Assembly: GCF_001194135.2 (NCBI RefSeq)
Contig: NC_068982.1
Coordinates: forward strand, 188,420,509-188,484,508
DNA length: 64,000 bases
Source of the DNA: Octopus bimaculoides
Lineage: Eukaryota
Direction: 5' to 3'
A program made the translations under genes and the position numbers. Position 1 is the stretch's first letter; each line of letters begins with the position of its first letter. Below the pieces are notes generated by a model. It saw only the letters and a list, made by a program, of their open reading frames with translations, was not told the DNA's origin and made no database searches. Below are positions 25,301 through 38,454 of the stretch, piece by piece.

Positions 25301-25477
25301 GCATTAAAAGCTGGAATATTTTAGGACAACAAGAAAATAATATTAGAATATTTGAGGCAAGAATATTTTGGTGAACGGTTGATAGTAAGAACGTTGTGAG
25401 GAGGAAAGAATAAAGAAGACTCTTCGATAAGAATGTGTATCAAAAGCTGTGAAGAAGCGAGGAGAAATTCACTGAAT

Positions 25478-25927
25478 ATGGCTGACAACGACATAAATGA
25501 GGAATCTCTTGGTGTCGGCGGTGGTGGTCACGGTGTAGGAGGAGGAGGAGGCGGCGGCGGCGGTGGTGGCGGCGGTGGTGGAATGAATCAAAATACACAA
25601 CAGACTCTCACGAATGGCAACCCAACAGGGATTACTGGATACCATCATCACCCGATGAATAACAACAGTAACATGACGAGCCATAATAATTCCACAGCAA
25701 CCAATGCTGCTGCTAATGCCTGTTCTAGCGCCGAAAGGAACGGCGGAGTCCAGTCGTTAAACGATGACCATCACAACAATCATCAACCTCACCAAATCGA
25801 TTTCGATGAGGACGATATTGATGATGGCGTTGAAGATGATTCCGATGGGGACATGACGGCCTCACTGCCGAAAGCTCTTATCGTTACAGGGTTAGACACT
25901 GCCATTTTCGAAGATATAGACTGTAAG
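25478..25927 (+). CDS. RCAN: Calcipressin / regulator of calcineurin (RCAN, sarah-like), coding exon 1 (150 aa; alternative in-frame ATG at 25433)
   Basis: An acidic stretch followed by SLPKALIVTGLDTAIFEDIDCK resembles the start of the RCAN RRM-like domain (recalled Drosophila sarah DLPTSIIVTNIHSEVF). Strong phase-0 donor AAG|GTGAGT at 25927. The call rests on about 22 conserved residues only. Confidence 0.72.
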
Positions 25928-26330
25928 GTGAGTTCGGTTTATATTTTTGTAAATGACTTATTAAAAACTATTTCTAAAGAACCTAACACCATTGCTCCCT
26001 CTCACCCTCATCTAATAAATAATATTGGTACAGTAGCAGAGGTGGTTATAAAGCAGGTATACCACCAAGGCTCTCGGGTGAATTTACACCTTAATTACAC
26101 CACAATCTTCACAACAGGCATTGGAAGTTGATTACGCATTCAAATTGCTAAGAAATATGCTTTGCATTAACGAAACTATTGAATAATTTAATGATTGTTT
26201 TCATATAAAGTCTGTAAGTGAATGCAAGAACTTGAAAACGAAAATATATTTGAATGGTTTGGACCAAACGCTTGCGCTTCTTCGGGTCTGGTGTCAAAAA
26301 CTTGTAAGTTTGTGTGTGTATGAAAATATA

Positions 26331-26366
<36 letters not shown>

Positions 26367-26368
26367 CG

Positions 26369-26403
<35 letters not shown>

Positions 26404-29400
26404 TTGACTTTGGTTTGAAATATATATGTCTGTGTGTGGTGTTTGCGTGGGATAGTACCTGCTTTAGCATTCCACTTAGCGCAATATTTACTCTGCTAAT
26501 CCATATATATATCTATAGAAACGGTCGTGGTAATGTTTCGTTAGGAGGCGAGACTTCTTTTTATTTATCTATTTTTTTTAGAGGAGTGGCTGGCTATTTT
26601 ATTGGCAATTTATTTTTATTCACTCCTGAGGAATGAAAGGTAAAAGTTGAAGTAACACAGAGAAATTAGTGTTTGTTTTAATGCATCTAAGATGTATAAA
26701 TATGGATTGGTTCCGTTGTTAATCGTTTGTCAGCCAGCAGCTGACTGGTTTCGTATCGAAGTTGGCGAGGGGCGGGGGAGGAATCAATAATATATTAAAA
26801 CGATTCTACCCACATACATTGACGTTTGATTGAGTGTGTGTGTGTGTGTGTAATTGAAAGGAATAATTATTTCGTTTATATGTAATGCAAATATTTCTTC
26901 GTGCAAAGAGTTTTGCAAAGAGCTCAATGAAGTAGAAAAAGAATCACCTCGGAAGTGATCATACATACATACATTCATACACACGCGCACATGCACATAG
27001 TCACACACAAACAAACAAACACGGTGTTGTACAATTTGTAAATAACAACACTGGGTGAAAATATCGACCAAGTCCTTAACATTTATGTGTGTGCTTGTAT
27101 GTGCTGCTGATGCTGCTAATAATAATAATATGTTGAAAACGATAATGTTGACTACTTAATAATAATAATAATAACAATAATAATAATAATAATAATGATG
27201 TTGACTGATGATGATGATGATGGTAAATTGTCATGTCGCTATGTGAAACAGGTTTGTTTTCGTAAGATGACATTTCTCGCGACTCCGACTACAACAGATC
27301 TCAGTCTCTGGCTGCTAATTTTTTGGGTTCCATGTGTTTGACGAGAGCTGCTTTTTCCTCTTTTCTTCCTCTTTCATTCCTTGTTGCTATCTGTCGCTGT
27401 CCATTCTTCCTCTTTCCGATCCGCCCATCGTTCTGTCCACCCACGCGCTTCTCTCGCGACTCTTGCCAACGTTTGTAGAGTTTAAATATCACACCTGATT
27501 GAAAACGATGTCCGTTCATTGACATATTCACGGGCGCATATACACACACACACATCGCATTGGTTTCATAGCAACGAGCCTCGGAGAAAAGCTTGTTATT
27601 GTGTTTAAATTTATTTGGTTGACCAAAACAAACAAACTCGAAACGAATGTTACTGACTCCCTTTTTCTCCCACAACTCTATACAGTTTGGATTTGTCTTT
27701 TTTTTCTAAGTATTTTTTTTTATTGTAACTTATCCGTAACTGCCACTTGTATGCAAATGTCGGTCGTATTGCAAGTTCAGTTCTTCTCTCTGTCGCAGCT
27801 GCAGATGATGTCAGATCTAAAATATTGTTTGGATAATAACCGAGTTTACTGCCCCTTGCCATACCGTCTTCAGCTTGGGTCCAGCAAATGCCATTTGTGT
27901 TAGTTATGTGAAGTAGGATGTCTTAGTAGCAGAAAGAACATTGAAGCCAAACTAAGGAACTATGCAGGAGTTTTTACATATTACCATCTGTGATATGTGA
28001 AATTCAGAGCTGAAAAGGGACCCCAGTTTAAAATTTTGAAGTGGACTGTGACGGTGGAAGAATGTTGCAACATAATAGGGGTCCCAGATTTAAACTATAA
28101 TTTCATATTTTCTATTATGATGTAGAGTATGATGGTAGAGGCATGTTCACAACATAGCAGGGGACTCCAATTTTAAACTCTCTCAATCTCCTTTTATCTC
28201 TGCTGTGAACCTGGACTGTGATGATGGGGGAATGCTTTAACATAACAACAGACCCCAGTTTTAAACTCCCACTCCTTATCTCAGCTGTGAACTTGGCCTA
28301 TGATGGTGGAGGTGTGTTGTAACATAGCAGGATTCTCAGATTTTAACTTTGCCTTTATTTTTAGATGAGTAAGGGCCAGCTCTATAAAGACAAATAGCAC
28401 AACAAAATATTGAGTTACCCCTAAACCAAGGCCTGCTCTAAATGGTTGTAACAGAGTTGACCCGAGTAATGGTACATAACACCCAATAATCTCTTTTATT
28501 CTTTTACTTGTTTCAGTCATTTGACTGCGGCCATGATGGAGCACCGCCTTTTAGTCGAGTAAATCAACCCTAGGACTTATTCTTTGTTAACCTAGTACTT
28601 ATTCTATCGGTCTCCTTTTGCCGAACCGCTAAGTTATGGGGACGTAAACACACCAGCATCGGTTGTGAAGCGATGTTGTGGGGGACAAACACAGACACAC
28701 AAACATATACACATACATATATCATCATCATCATCATCATCGTTTAACGTCCGCTTTCCATGCTAGCATGGGTTGGACGATTTGACTGAGGACTGGTGAA
28801 ACCGGATGGCAACACCAGGCTCCAGTCTGATTTGGCAGAGTTTCTACAGCTGGATGCCCTTCCTAACGCCATGCCCTTCATATATATATATAGATAGATA
28901 GATAGATACAACAGGCTTCTTTCAGTTTCCGTTTACCAAATCCACTCACAAGGCTTTGGTTAGCCCGAGGCTATAGTAGATGACACTTGCCCAAGGTGCC
29001 ACGCAGTGGGACTGAACCTGGAACCATGTGGTTGGTCAGCAAGCTACTTACCACACAGCCACTCCTGTGCCTAATGTTTCAACTAATCTATGGATTAAGT
29101 CAAACTGAACGGGAATATGCTGAAGATAACAACACATAACAATGGCTTCAGTGAACTATTACACAGTGTATGCATATATTTAGGGCCCCAAAAGAAAAGG
29201 AATCACATAGAGTTTCTTCTGGTGTGAGTTTACCTTGGGGTAAATAATAAATTACAACAGTTTCTTGAAAATGAATTAAAATACATCATCATCATTTAAT
29301 GTCCATTGTCCATACTGGCATGAGTTGGACAGTTTGACCAGGGTTGGCAAACCGGTAGGCTGCACCGGACTTCAGTCTGGTTTGGCATAGTTTCTTCAGC

Positions 29401-30834
29401 CGGATGTGCTTCCTAATGCCAACCACTAAAATATATAGAAATTTTATATTTTGTCCTATTTCAATAATTAGAGTCAAATGACTTGCTCATGTAGCTTATT
29501 GCTGATTCAGCATAATCACCATCATCATTATCATGATTCTAATGTCCACTTTTGTATGGGTCAGACAGAGTTTATTAAGACAGATTTTCTATGGTTGGAT
29601 GCCCTTCCTGTCACCAACCCTCAACTGTTTCCAGTAATAATTTTACTCGCTGTGAAACTCATTTAGAACTATCATGCAATGGTGAGGCAAAGAGATTCAA
29701 ACACACACACATATATCTATATATGTGTGTGGAGGCTTCCTTCAGTTTCTGTCTGTCAAATTCATTTACAAGGCTTTGGCCAGCTCCATTGAAGTCTAAT
29801 GTCGGCTCCATACCGATGAGATAATACAGTTCAATATTTAAGAGATGAGGAGTTGTGTACATTATTTACATTTGACGGAAAAATATCCATCAAATGTAAA
29901 TAATGAACATCACTAGTGTTGCTGTCATGATTAAATGCCCTCCATACATAATATAAAGTGATTGATGATAAATGATTGATGATAAGAAGGGCATCCTCTG
30001 CTAGTAACATCAATACGACTGAGTGATCTTCATTGTCTGTTAAGACATCTCCAGACTAGAAAGGTTTCAAGTTTCAGCATAAGGCCAGTGATTGTAGGAA
30101 AAGATGATTAATCAATTATATTGACCCCCACCCCCGGCTTGTTTTATCAACCCTAAAAGAATTAAGTCAATGTTGGCGGAAATTGAATTCAGACGATTAA
30201 GAGCCAGAAGAAATACTGCTAAACTTTGTCCAATGCTCTCACGTCTCTCCCAGCTCACCACTTTTGACATACCCAAAATATAATATCTGATATTGCCCAT
30301 TGGTCAGCCCAATAGCAGTAACCAGCAAAGCCTTCCCAGATGAGTAACAACAATAGAGGTAGGCAGGCTGGGCTAGGCTGGGGCATTCCCTCAGTTATGG
30401 CTAGTGTACCAATCTGGTCAATGGGACAGCTTGCTCATGAAATTAACATGCAGTGCTGCTGGCATGTAAAAAGTACCATCTGAACGTGGCCGACGCCAGC
30501 ACTGCCTTGACTGGTTTCCATGCCGGTGGCACGTAAAGCGCACCAAACGATTGTGGCCGTTGCCAGCCCCCTCTGGCCCCTGTGCCAGTGGCACATAAAA
30601 AGCAGCCACNNNNNNNNNNNNNNNNNNNNNNNNNNNNNNNNNNNNNNNNNNNNNNNNNNNNNNNNNNNNNNNNNNNNNNNNNNNNNNNNNNNNNNNNNNN
30701 NNNNNNNNNNNNNNNTGCCAGATCAGATTGGAGCCTGGTGCAGCCTTCTGGCTTCCCGACCCCAGTCGAACCGTCCAACCCATGCCAGCATGGAAAGCAG
30801 ACGTTAAACGGTGATGATGATGATGATGATGGCT

Positions 30835-31350
30835 GAGTGTCTCATTGAAGATGAGGAAAGACCTATAGGAGTTGTATGAGCTGCAATGCTGTATGGGAGT
30901 GAGACATGGTGTTTGAGGGAGAGAGAGATGGCAATTTTGAGAAGGACTGAGAGAGAGCAATAATGAGAGAAATGTGTGGTGTGAGGCTGTTTGATAAGAG
31001 GAGGACTGAGGACTTGATGGGGATGCTGGGGTTGGCGGAATCAGAGGAACGACTGGCAAGGGTGAATGGAGTGAGGTGGTATGGGCATGTGTTGAGGAAG
31101 GATGAAGAGCATGTTCTGAAGAGGGGTGCTAGAGTTTGAGGTAAATGGACAGCAAAAGCTAGGTAGACCAAGAAAAATGTGGAGGGGGCAGGTGGAGGAG
31201 GAGGAGATTGGGAGGGTTGGCTTGAGGAGGGAGGATGCCCAAAACTGGGTGAGATGGTGTGTGAGGGCAGTTGCTATGGCATTGAGGTAGATCCGGCCAC
31301 CCCCCGTTAACGTGGACAAAACCCGGATTTAAAATGATGGATGATGATGA
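30835..31350 (+). mobile_element. 5'-truncated RTE-type LINE 3' end
   Basis: Frameshifted AAMLYGSETWCLRERE...VRWYGHVLRKDEEHVLK...RPRKMW, ending in a (GAT)n-like tail. Confidence 0.85.
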
Positions 31351-31759
31351 AGTGGCTGAGCGTTCCACAAACACATTTACCTTAATGTAGTTCTCAGGTA
31401 GATTCAGCGTGACACAGAGTGTGACAAGGCTGGCCCTTTGAATTACAGGTACAACTCGTTTTTGCCAGATGAGTGAACTGGAGCAATGTGAAATGAAGTG
31501 TCTTGCTCAAAGACACAACACACCACCAGGAATTGAACTAACAACCAAATGATTTTGAGCTGAATACACTAACCCCTAAGCCATGGACCTTCATTAGGGA
31601 GAGATAAGTAGAATGTGTCCATAAATCTCCTCTTTACTCTTATGCTCACGGCACAAGATGTTTTGAGCCCTCACAAAAAGCCTGATGTATGTATTATCTG
31701 TGTGATCTTGATGTTCTTCCTTTGTAGTTCAGGTTTCAACTCCGTAGAAAAGAATGCTC

Positions 31760-32990
31760 TCAACACATGCGCCCTGAAGAGAAACTAATCTTGTTGACCT
31801 TAAAGCACCTAATTTGCCAGATGTTTTGAAGGTTGTTACAGATACTCCTGGCTAAGCCCTTGCATATCCGGGAGTCTTTCTTACTGTCACCAATATAAGA
31901 CTCAAGGTACTTGAAGTCTCCAACCTCCTCATGTTGTATTCCATCAAGAAAACAAATTACCGGGTGACATTCCTCTTCATTGGTGATGTGTTCATTGGTC
32001 TCCTTTGCAGTGAGAAATGGACCAATTTTAGCTGCAGCATTCTCACAGAATGTTAACAAGTCTTATACGTCACACAGTTGATGAGTTGTGAGCACAACAT
32101 CCTCAACATAATCAAGATCAGAGAGATACAGGATCTGAAGATGTCTTGATTGCTTCTGCTTGATGATGAGGCCTTTATTGTGAATGGTGGCCAAGACCTT
32201 GCTTAAGGATATCATTCACAACATTCATGAAGAGAAATAGAACTAGGGTGTCTCTCTGAAGGGTTACTCTTTTACTTGTTTCAGTCATTTGACTGTGGCC
32301 ATGCTGGAGCACTGCCTTTAGCCGAGCAAATTGACCCTAGGACTTATTCTTTGTAAGCCTAGTACTTATTCTATCGGTCTCTTTTGCCAAACTGCTAAGT
32401 TACGGGGACATAAACACACCAGCATCGGTTGTGAAGCAATGCTAGGGGGACAAACACAGACACACAAACATATACACACACATATATGTATATACATATA
32501 TATGACGGGCTTCTTTCAGTTTCCGTCTACCAAATCCACTCACAAGGCTTTGGTCGGCCCGAGGCTATAGTAGAAGATACTTGCCTAAGGTGCCACGCAG
32601 TGGGACTGAACCCGGAACCATGTGGTTGGTAAGCAAGCTACTTACCACACAGCCACTCCTACGCCTATATGTTGATGCAAACTCTTTAGCTGGAGCACCA
32701 GGGCTCAACACAAAGAATGGTGATGACGCTGGCTTTGACAATCTCATCTGGGATGGTACTTATAGTTCAATAGGATATGTTCCATCGCTTTTTTGTTGTC
32801 TTGGAAAAATCCACAGAAGCACTGCCTATATTTCTTCTTGTTTGTTTTGTAAACCTTGAAAGAATAGGTCAAAGATGTTGAGATTAAGGTAACAGTAGGT
32901 ATTATGGTCGACCATTTACGTGGCACACTTAACACCATGGATAGGGACCAGATAATCTGGAGAGGTTTCCTGAAATAGACTGGCACCCTA
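31760..32990 (-). mobile_element. Degraded non-LTR RT fragment (second LINE lineage), split by a family-A SINE (32264-32665)
   Basis: VDFSKT...IPDEIVKA-like motif near 32820-32720 and EEVGDFKYLESYI...ARSICNNLQNIW near 31930-31810. Confidence 0.65.
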
Positions 32991-33698
32991 TCCAGGAGCA
33001 GCTTTAACTCTCATCTACTGAAGGCCTTGAAACTTAAGCTCAGGGTTTATGAGTTTATATACCAAGCAACAGAGCAGGAGAAAAAGATTGACATTTTAAA
33101 GGAATAAATAATAAATTAGAAATGGATAATTGGTTTGCTTGTGTACATTGCCAATATCAAATTGTTTTCATACAACAATAAATAGAACCATTTCTACACA
33201 ATATTGAGGTGAGAGGGCGTTGGGGAGTGGGGGAGATGTGCTTTAGACAGTTTCATGTCACTGGGTGCTTATCTCTCTTATCTCTTGTGCATCTTTTACA
33301 GATGCAAGGCTTTCCATAGGTCTTGTTTAGTTATATGCTGCTTGGCACTTGAACAACTAGCTGGGCCACTGGGTACAACTGACACACACCGGTTCACGGC
33401 TTGTTATAGCAACTCACTTCCTCAATACTTGTAGTATTTGACCTCAAAAGAATGAAAAAAATGTTGGCATTAATAAGATGCTTATTTCCTTTAGACCAAT
33501 GGTTCTCAACCATTTTATTACCCATGAACTTTTTTGATTCCTATTTTACTCCACCAGACCTTCACATCCATTTAATGTTTAAAAAATCCTTTTTCATTTT
33601 TAGTATTGAATATTATTAGAAATTGTATACAAAATTTATAGAGACGTACTTGCATAGCAAGTGACCTGATCTGAAATCGTGTGCTGAAACAAAAACAG

Positions 33699-34410
33699 TT
33701 GCTGCGTGGAAGGTGTTTATAGTTGGCACTCCATCGCTTACGACGTCGAGGGTTCCAGTTGATCCAATCAACGGAACAGCCTGTTCGTGAAATTAACGTG
33801 CAAGTGGCTGAGCACTCCACAGACACGTGTACCCTTAACGCAGTTCTCGAGGGAGATTCAGCGTGACACATAATGTGACAAGGCTGACCCTTTGAATTAC
33901 AGGTACAACAGAAGCAGGAAGAAAGAGTGAGAGAAAGTTATGGTGAAAGAGTACAGCAGGGTTCGCCACCATCCCCTGCCAGAGCCTCGTGGAGCTTTTA
34001 GGTGTTTTCGCTCAATAAACACTGACAACACCCGGTCTGGGAATCGAAACCGCGATCCTATGACCGCGAGTTCGCTGCTCTAACCACTGGGCCATTGCGC
34101 CTCCACTGGAAGGTGTTTATAAGCCATTTAAAAAACACACAAAAACCATTAGATTCACTTCAACATTTAAATTTTATTTGCCAAAATATTTTCGTCACTT
34201 TGAGACCACGACCTGTTCACTGACAAAATTCTGTGATGCATCTCTTATATGCACACATACATACATACGTATGTACGGAATTTTGTCAGTGAACAGGTCG
34301 TGGTCTCAAAGTGACGAAAATATTTTGACACAAATTAGATTTAAATGTTGAAATGAATCTAACAGTTTTTGTGTGGTTTTAAATGGCTTATAAACACCTT
34401 CCACGCTGCA
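33699..34410. mobile_element. Palindromic MITE with ~125-bp TIRs (tggaaggtgtttataagccatttaaa...gacaaaattc / gaattttgtc...tataaacaccttcca)
   Basis: Arms 34107-34231 and 34277-34403 are near-perfect reverse complements; the left tip is displaced by the SINE insertion. Confidence 0.85.
33722..34106 (-). mobile_element. Full-length SINE family B with 15-bp TSD (TGGAAGGTGTTTATA at 33707-33721 and 34107-34121)
   Basis: Intact A and B boxes (TGGCCCAGTGG, GGTTTCGATTCC), 3' end GGAGTGCCAAC, exact TSD. Confidence 0.92.
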
Positions 34411-36608
34411 ATTGTATAAAAAAAATATTGTTAAAATATTTTAGCAAGAAAATCTTATGTGAACCTCCCCACCACCACTATCAAGGGCCATGTGGACCCC
34501 AGTTGATAACCACTAATCTGGACCTTGGAGATTCTACCAATCTTATGTTAATGGTTCAAACAGGTTTCGAACTCATGACATTCGGGTTAGCAGTACTGGG
34601 GATTAACCTCTCTGTTTCTACTCCTACACTCTTATCACTGCTGTTGTTGTTGTTTAACTCCAAGCCTGCCCTTATCCAGAAAACCTATTGTTCTTTTCTA
34701 CTTTAGGCACAAGGCCTGAAATTTTTGGAGAGGGAGTCATTCAATTAGATTGATCCCAGTATGCAACTGGTACCTAATTTATAGACCCCAAGAGGATGAA
34801 AGGCAAATTCGAACTTGGCGGAATTTGAACTCAGAACATAAAGACAGATGAAATACCACTAAGCACTTCACCTGGTGTGCTAACGTTTCTGCCAGCTCGC
34901 TGACCTATTATCAAAGCCATTCAAGCCATGACCATCCCAATGCTTTATTTATCACAGTCTGCATTGTCAACTCCAGTCAACTGGTGCTCCAGCGCTTTTG
35001 ACAAGTATTCCACTTGATCCAATTAACAGAACAGTCTGCTCATAAAATTAACATGCAGCCAGCTGAATACTCCACAGATATGCATACTCTTAACACAGTT
35101 TTAAGGAGATTTAGCGTGACACAAAGTGTGACAAGGCCGGCCCTTTGAATTACAAGTACTATTCGTTTTTGCTAGCAGGGACAACTGGAACAACATGAAA
35201 AAGGCGTCTTGTTCAAGGCCACAGCATGCTGCTAGGAATTGAATGACCTCATTATTGTGAACCATATACCATTTGTCCAATGCGAAGACCTATTGAAGCA
35301 AGTAGAAACAAATCAAAATTGCTGACATGACCAATGACAGTACCACCTGATTGGCACTCATGCCAGTGGGACGTTGAAAGCACTATCTGAGCGTGATTGT
35401 TAACCAGGGCCACAGATTGGCTCTCATGCCGGTGACACGTGAAAAGCACCATTCATGCATGATCGTTGCCAGCGTCGCCTTACTGGCACATGAAAAACAA
35501 CACTCGAGCATGGTCATTGCCAGAACCGTCTGACTGGCCCTCGTGCCGGTGGCACGTAAAAGCACTCTAGTAAAAAAACCATTCTCGGAGTGGTTGGTGT
35601 TAGGAAGGGCATCCAGCTGTAGAAACTTTGCCAGATCAGATTGAGCCTGGTGCAGCCTTCTGGCTCACTAGCCCTCAGTCAAACCGTCCAACCCATGCCA
35701 GCATGGAAAGCAGACATTAAACGACAATGATGATGATGGTGATGATGTTGTTCTTAACTTTCATAGAAGTTGCATTTCTGGTTTCACTAATCCTTCAACT
35801 CCTGCCCTCTCTCCTGTTTGTTTGGTTAAGGTGTTGTGCATAGGGTTAAAATAAACCCATTAGAAATTGGTAACAAAAAAAAAAAAAAATGAAAAAAAGC
35901 CCAGTAAATTTCTTGTGTAAAACAAACCAAAACTGGAATTGTTACATTCCATAGCTGACCTTTAATAACAGACGGAATAGATTTTTAGATAATTTCTTTT
36001 TGATCAGCCTGCACACCCTGCATTGTAGCGCAGTATTTAACTGGTACTTTATTTCATCACTCCATCAAACCCATACAATAAATTCTCAATTTGGCTCACA
36101 AAAGACAACCAATTTGCAAGAGGTGGAGAGGTGAAGTGTTGGGCAAGGGTAATTGTAATCTAGTGCCCAGAAATGCTATTAAGCTTGGACTAATTAGTGC
36201 TCAACCTGTCAAACTACACCATTCAAATGTCTTCACTTTGTAAACAATTGTAAACTCACATGTTTGCACTTTTGCTTCTTTGTTCTTTTCTTTTTTGTTT
36301 GTTTTTGTTCTGTTTCTGGTTTTGCTTCTTAAGATGTTTAACAGATTTCTGATAAAGTTGCTTCATTAACAATTTGCTCTCAGTCACTCTCCACTTCGCA
36401 AATTAAATTGATTTTTGCTTTTTTTTAAGTACCTTTTATCTCTTACTTGTTCCAATCATTAGATTGTGGCCATGCTGGGGCACCACCTTGAATGTTTAGT
36501 CAAATGAATCGACCCCAGTACTTACTTTCTTCTTCTTCAGCCTGCTACTTATTTTATCAGTCACTTTTTGCCAAGCCACTAAGTTGTCAAGTGGTGTTGG
36601 GGAACAAA

Positions 36609-36650
<42 letters not shown>

Positions 36651-38454
36651 ATGGGCTTGTTCCAGTTTCTGTCTACCAAATCTATTCATGAGGCCTTGGT
36701 CAGCCTGAGTTTATAGTAGAAAGAACTTGCTTGTTGTCAGCCCAGAACCAAGTGATTGGGAAGTAAGCTTCTAACCACACACCCATACTTGCGCCAAGGA
36801 TTATTTCAAAATAATTAAAAAATAGAACACACACACACACATAATGGGCTTATTCCAGTTTCTGTCTACCAAATTTACTAACAAGGCTTTGGCCAGCCTG
36901 AGGTTATTAGAAGAAGGCACTTGGTCAGTGCCAACCCAGAACCATGTGGCTGGGAAGCAAGCTTCTCACCACACAACCACGCCTACACCTATGACTGGAA
37001 ATTGTAAGATCCTTGTAATGAATAAGCAAAACTAATGTTAAATATATTCTATGCATCTCCTTCCTTGGTCATCAGTTAAGAAATCAGATTTCTAATCCAG
37101 CCAAGAGCTCACCAGAAGTGATTATCTCCCTTACGATAACTCTCCACCAAGGCATACCATGTCTCTTCAGAGGACTTTCTATTGTAAACTTCTCTGTTTC
37201 TTAGAGTTACCATTACATTACATTGAAAATAAACTGGACAGTCATGGCTGGAACACTTAAATACCACAATGATTAAGTCACCTTGCTACAATACCCTCTG
37301 CCCTCCCCCCATCTCCATCTGTACACACTGTATCCAGTCTCCACCTCTTGCATCCATGCCCACCCCCTTACAATACCCCTCCCTTATTCTCTTCTGCTTC
37401 ACCCATTTACCCAGTTCTTCCTCATCTCTAACTGGAAACCTCTAATGTTCACTTTCCACGCTGGCATGGGTTGGACGGTTTGACAGGAAACCAGTGAGCT
37501 ACAGGGCTGTGTCAGGCTCCTGTTTCATCTTTGATATGCCTTCTATGGCTGGATGCCCATCCTAATGCCAGTGTGTAGAGGGTGCCCTTTTTTTTGTGCC
37601 ACCAGCACTAGTGAGGTTGCCAAGTAACTTGCAACACAGAGAAGGTGAAAGAGGAAAGTGGGGCAGGGAACTCCCACTATGAAGAAGTATTTGAGAGGGG
37701 AAGGTGGAGGTGGACCGATGTGTATCAGATGTTGAAAGGCTAAGGTATGATAGAGGGACATGCACAGGTGTCTCGTTACAGAGAAGATAAGAGGAAGGTA
37801 ATGGTGGGGGGTGGAAGAGCAAGATCTCAAGGAACATAATGGAGGACGAGGGCAGTGAGTCATGGGAGGGAATGAGAGAGTGGATGCTTTTATAGGAATG
37901 TGAGGAGGGAATAAACAGGTGGAGAAAGAGTTTAGTACCTGGCACTCCATCAGTTACAACGACAAGTGTTCCAGTTGATCTGAGCAATGGAACAACCTCC
38001 TCATGGAATTAATATGTAAGTGGCTGAGTATTCCACAGACTTGCACACCCTTAATGTAGTTCTCAAGGAGATTCACTATGACACAGAATGGCCCTTTGAA
38101 TTACAAGTACGACTGATTTTTGTCAGCTGAGTGGACTGGAGCAACATGAAATAAAGTGTTTTGCTGAAGGACACAATGTTTCACCGGGAATTGAACTCAT
38201 GGCCTAATGATTGTGAGCTGAATATGCTAACCACTAAGACATGTGCCATCATGGTGGTTAGTGCAGTGAGGGAAAAAACAAGGGTGGGAGTGCAGATGAA
38301 GAGAAATAGCAGTATGCAGAGGGGTCAGGCAGGAGATACAGGAGAGGAGAATAGAAGAACAAGGTGTAAAGTGTAGGAGTTGTGGAGAGGGAGAGATACA
38401 TAAGGGGGTGAAGTGGGTATTGAGAAGGGATAAGAGAGGTTCTGTATTTTTGAG

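Larger units (their letters stand above)
33497..34515. mobile_element. hAT/Charlie-like MITE hosting two nested insertions
   Basis: Termini CAATGGTTCTCAACC / AGTTGATAACCACTA resemble Charlie TIRs. Flanks ctttagac / atctggac resemble the NTCTAGAN target consensus. Confidence 0.55.

Noticed and set aside
26222-26302. Short ATG-initiated exon with a GTAAGT donor downstream of RCAN exon 1
   Set aside because: Phase-1 donor and no RCAN-like residues.
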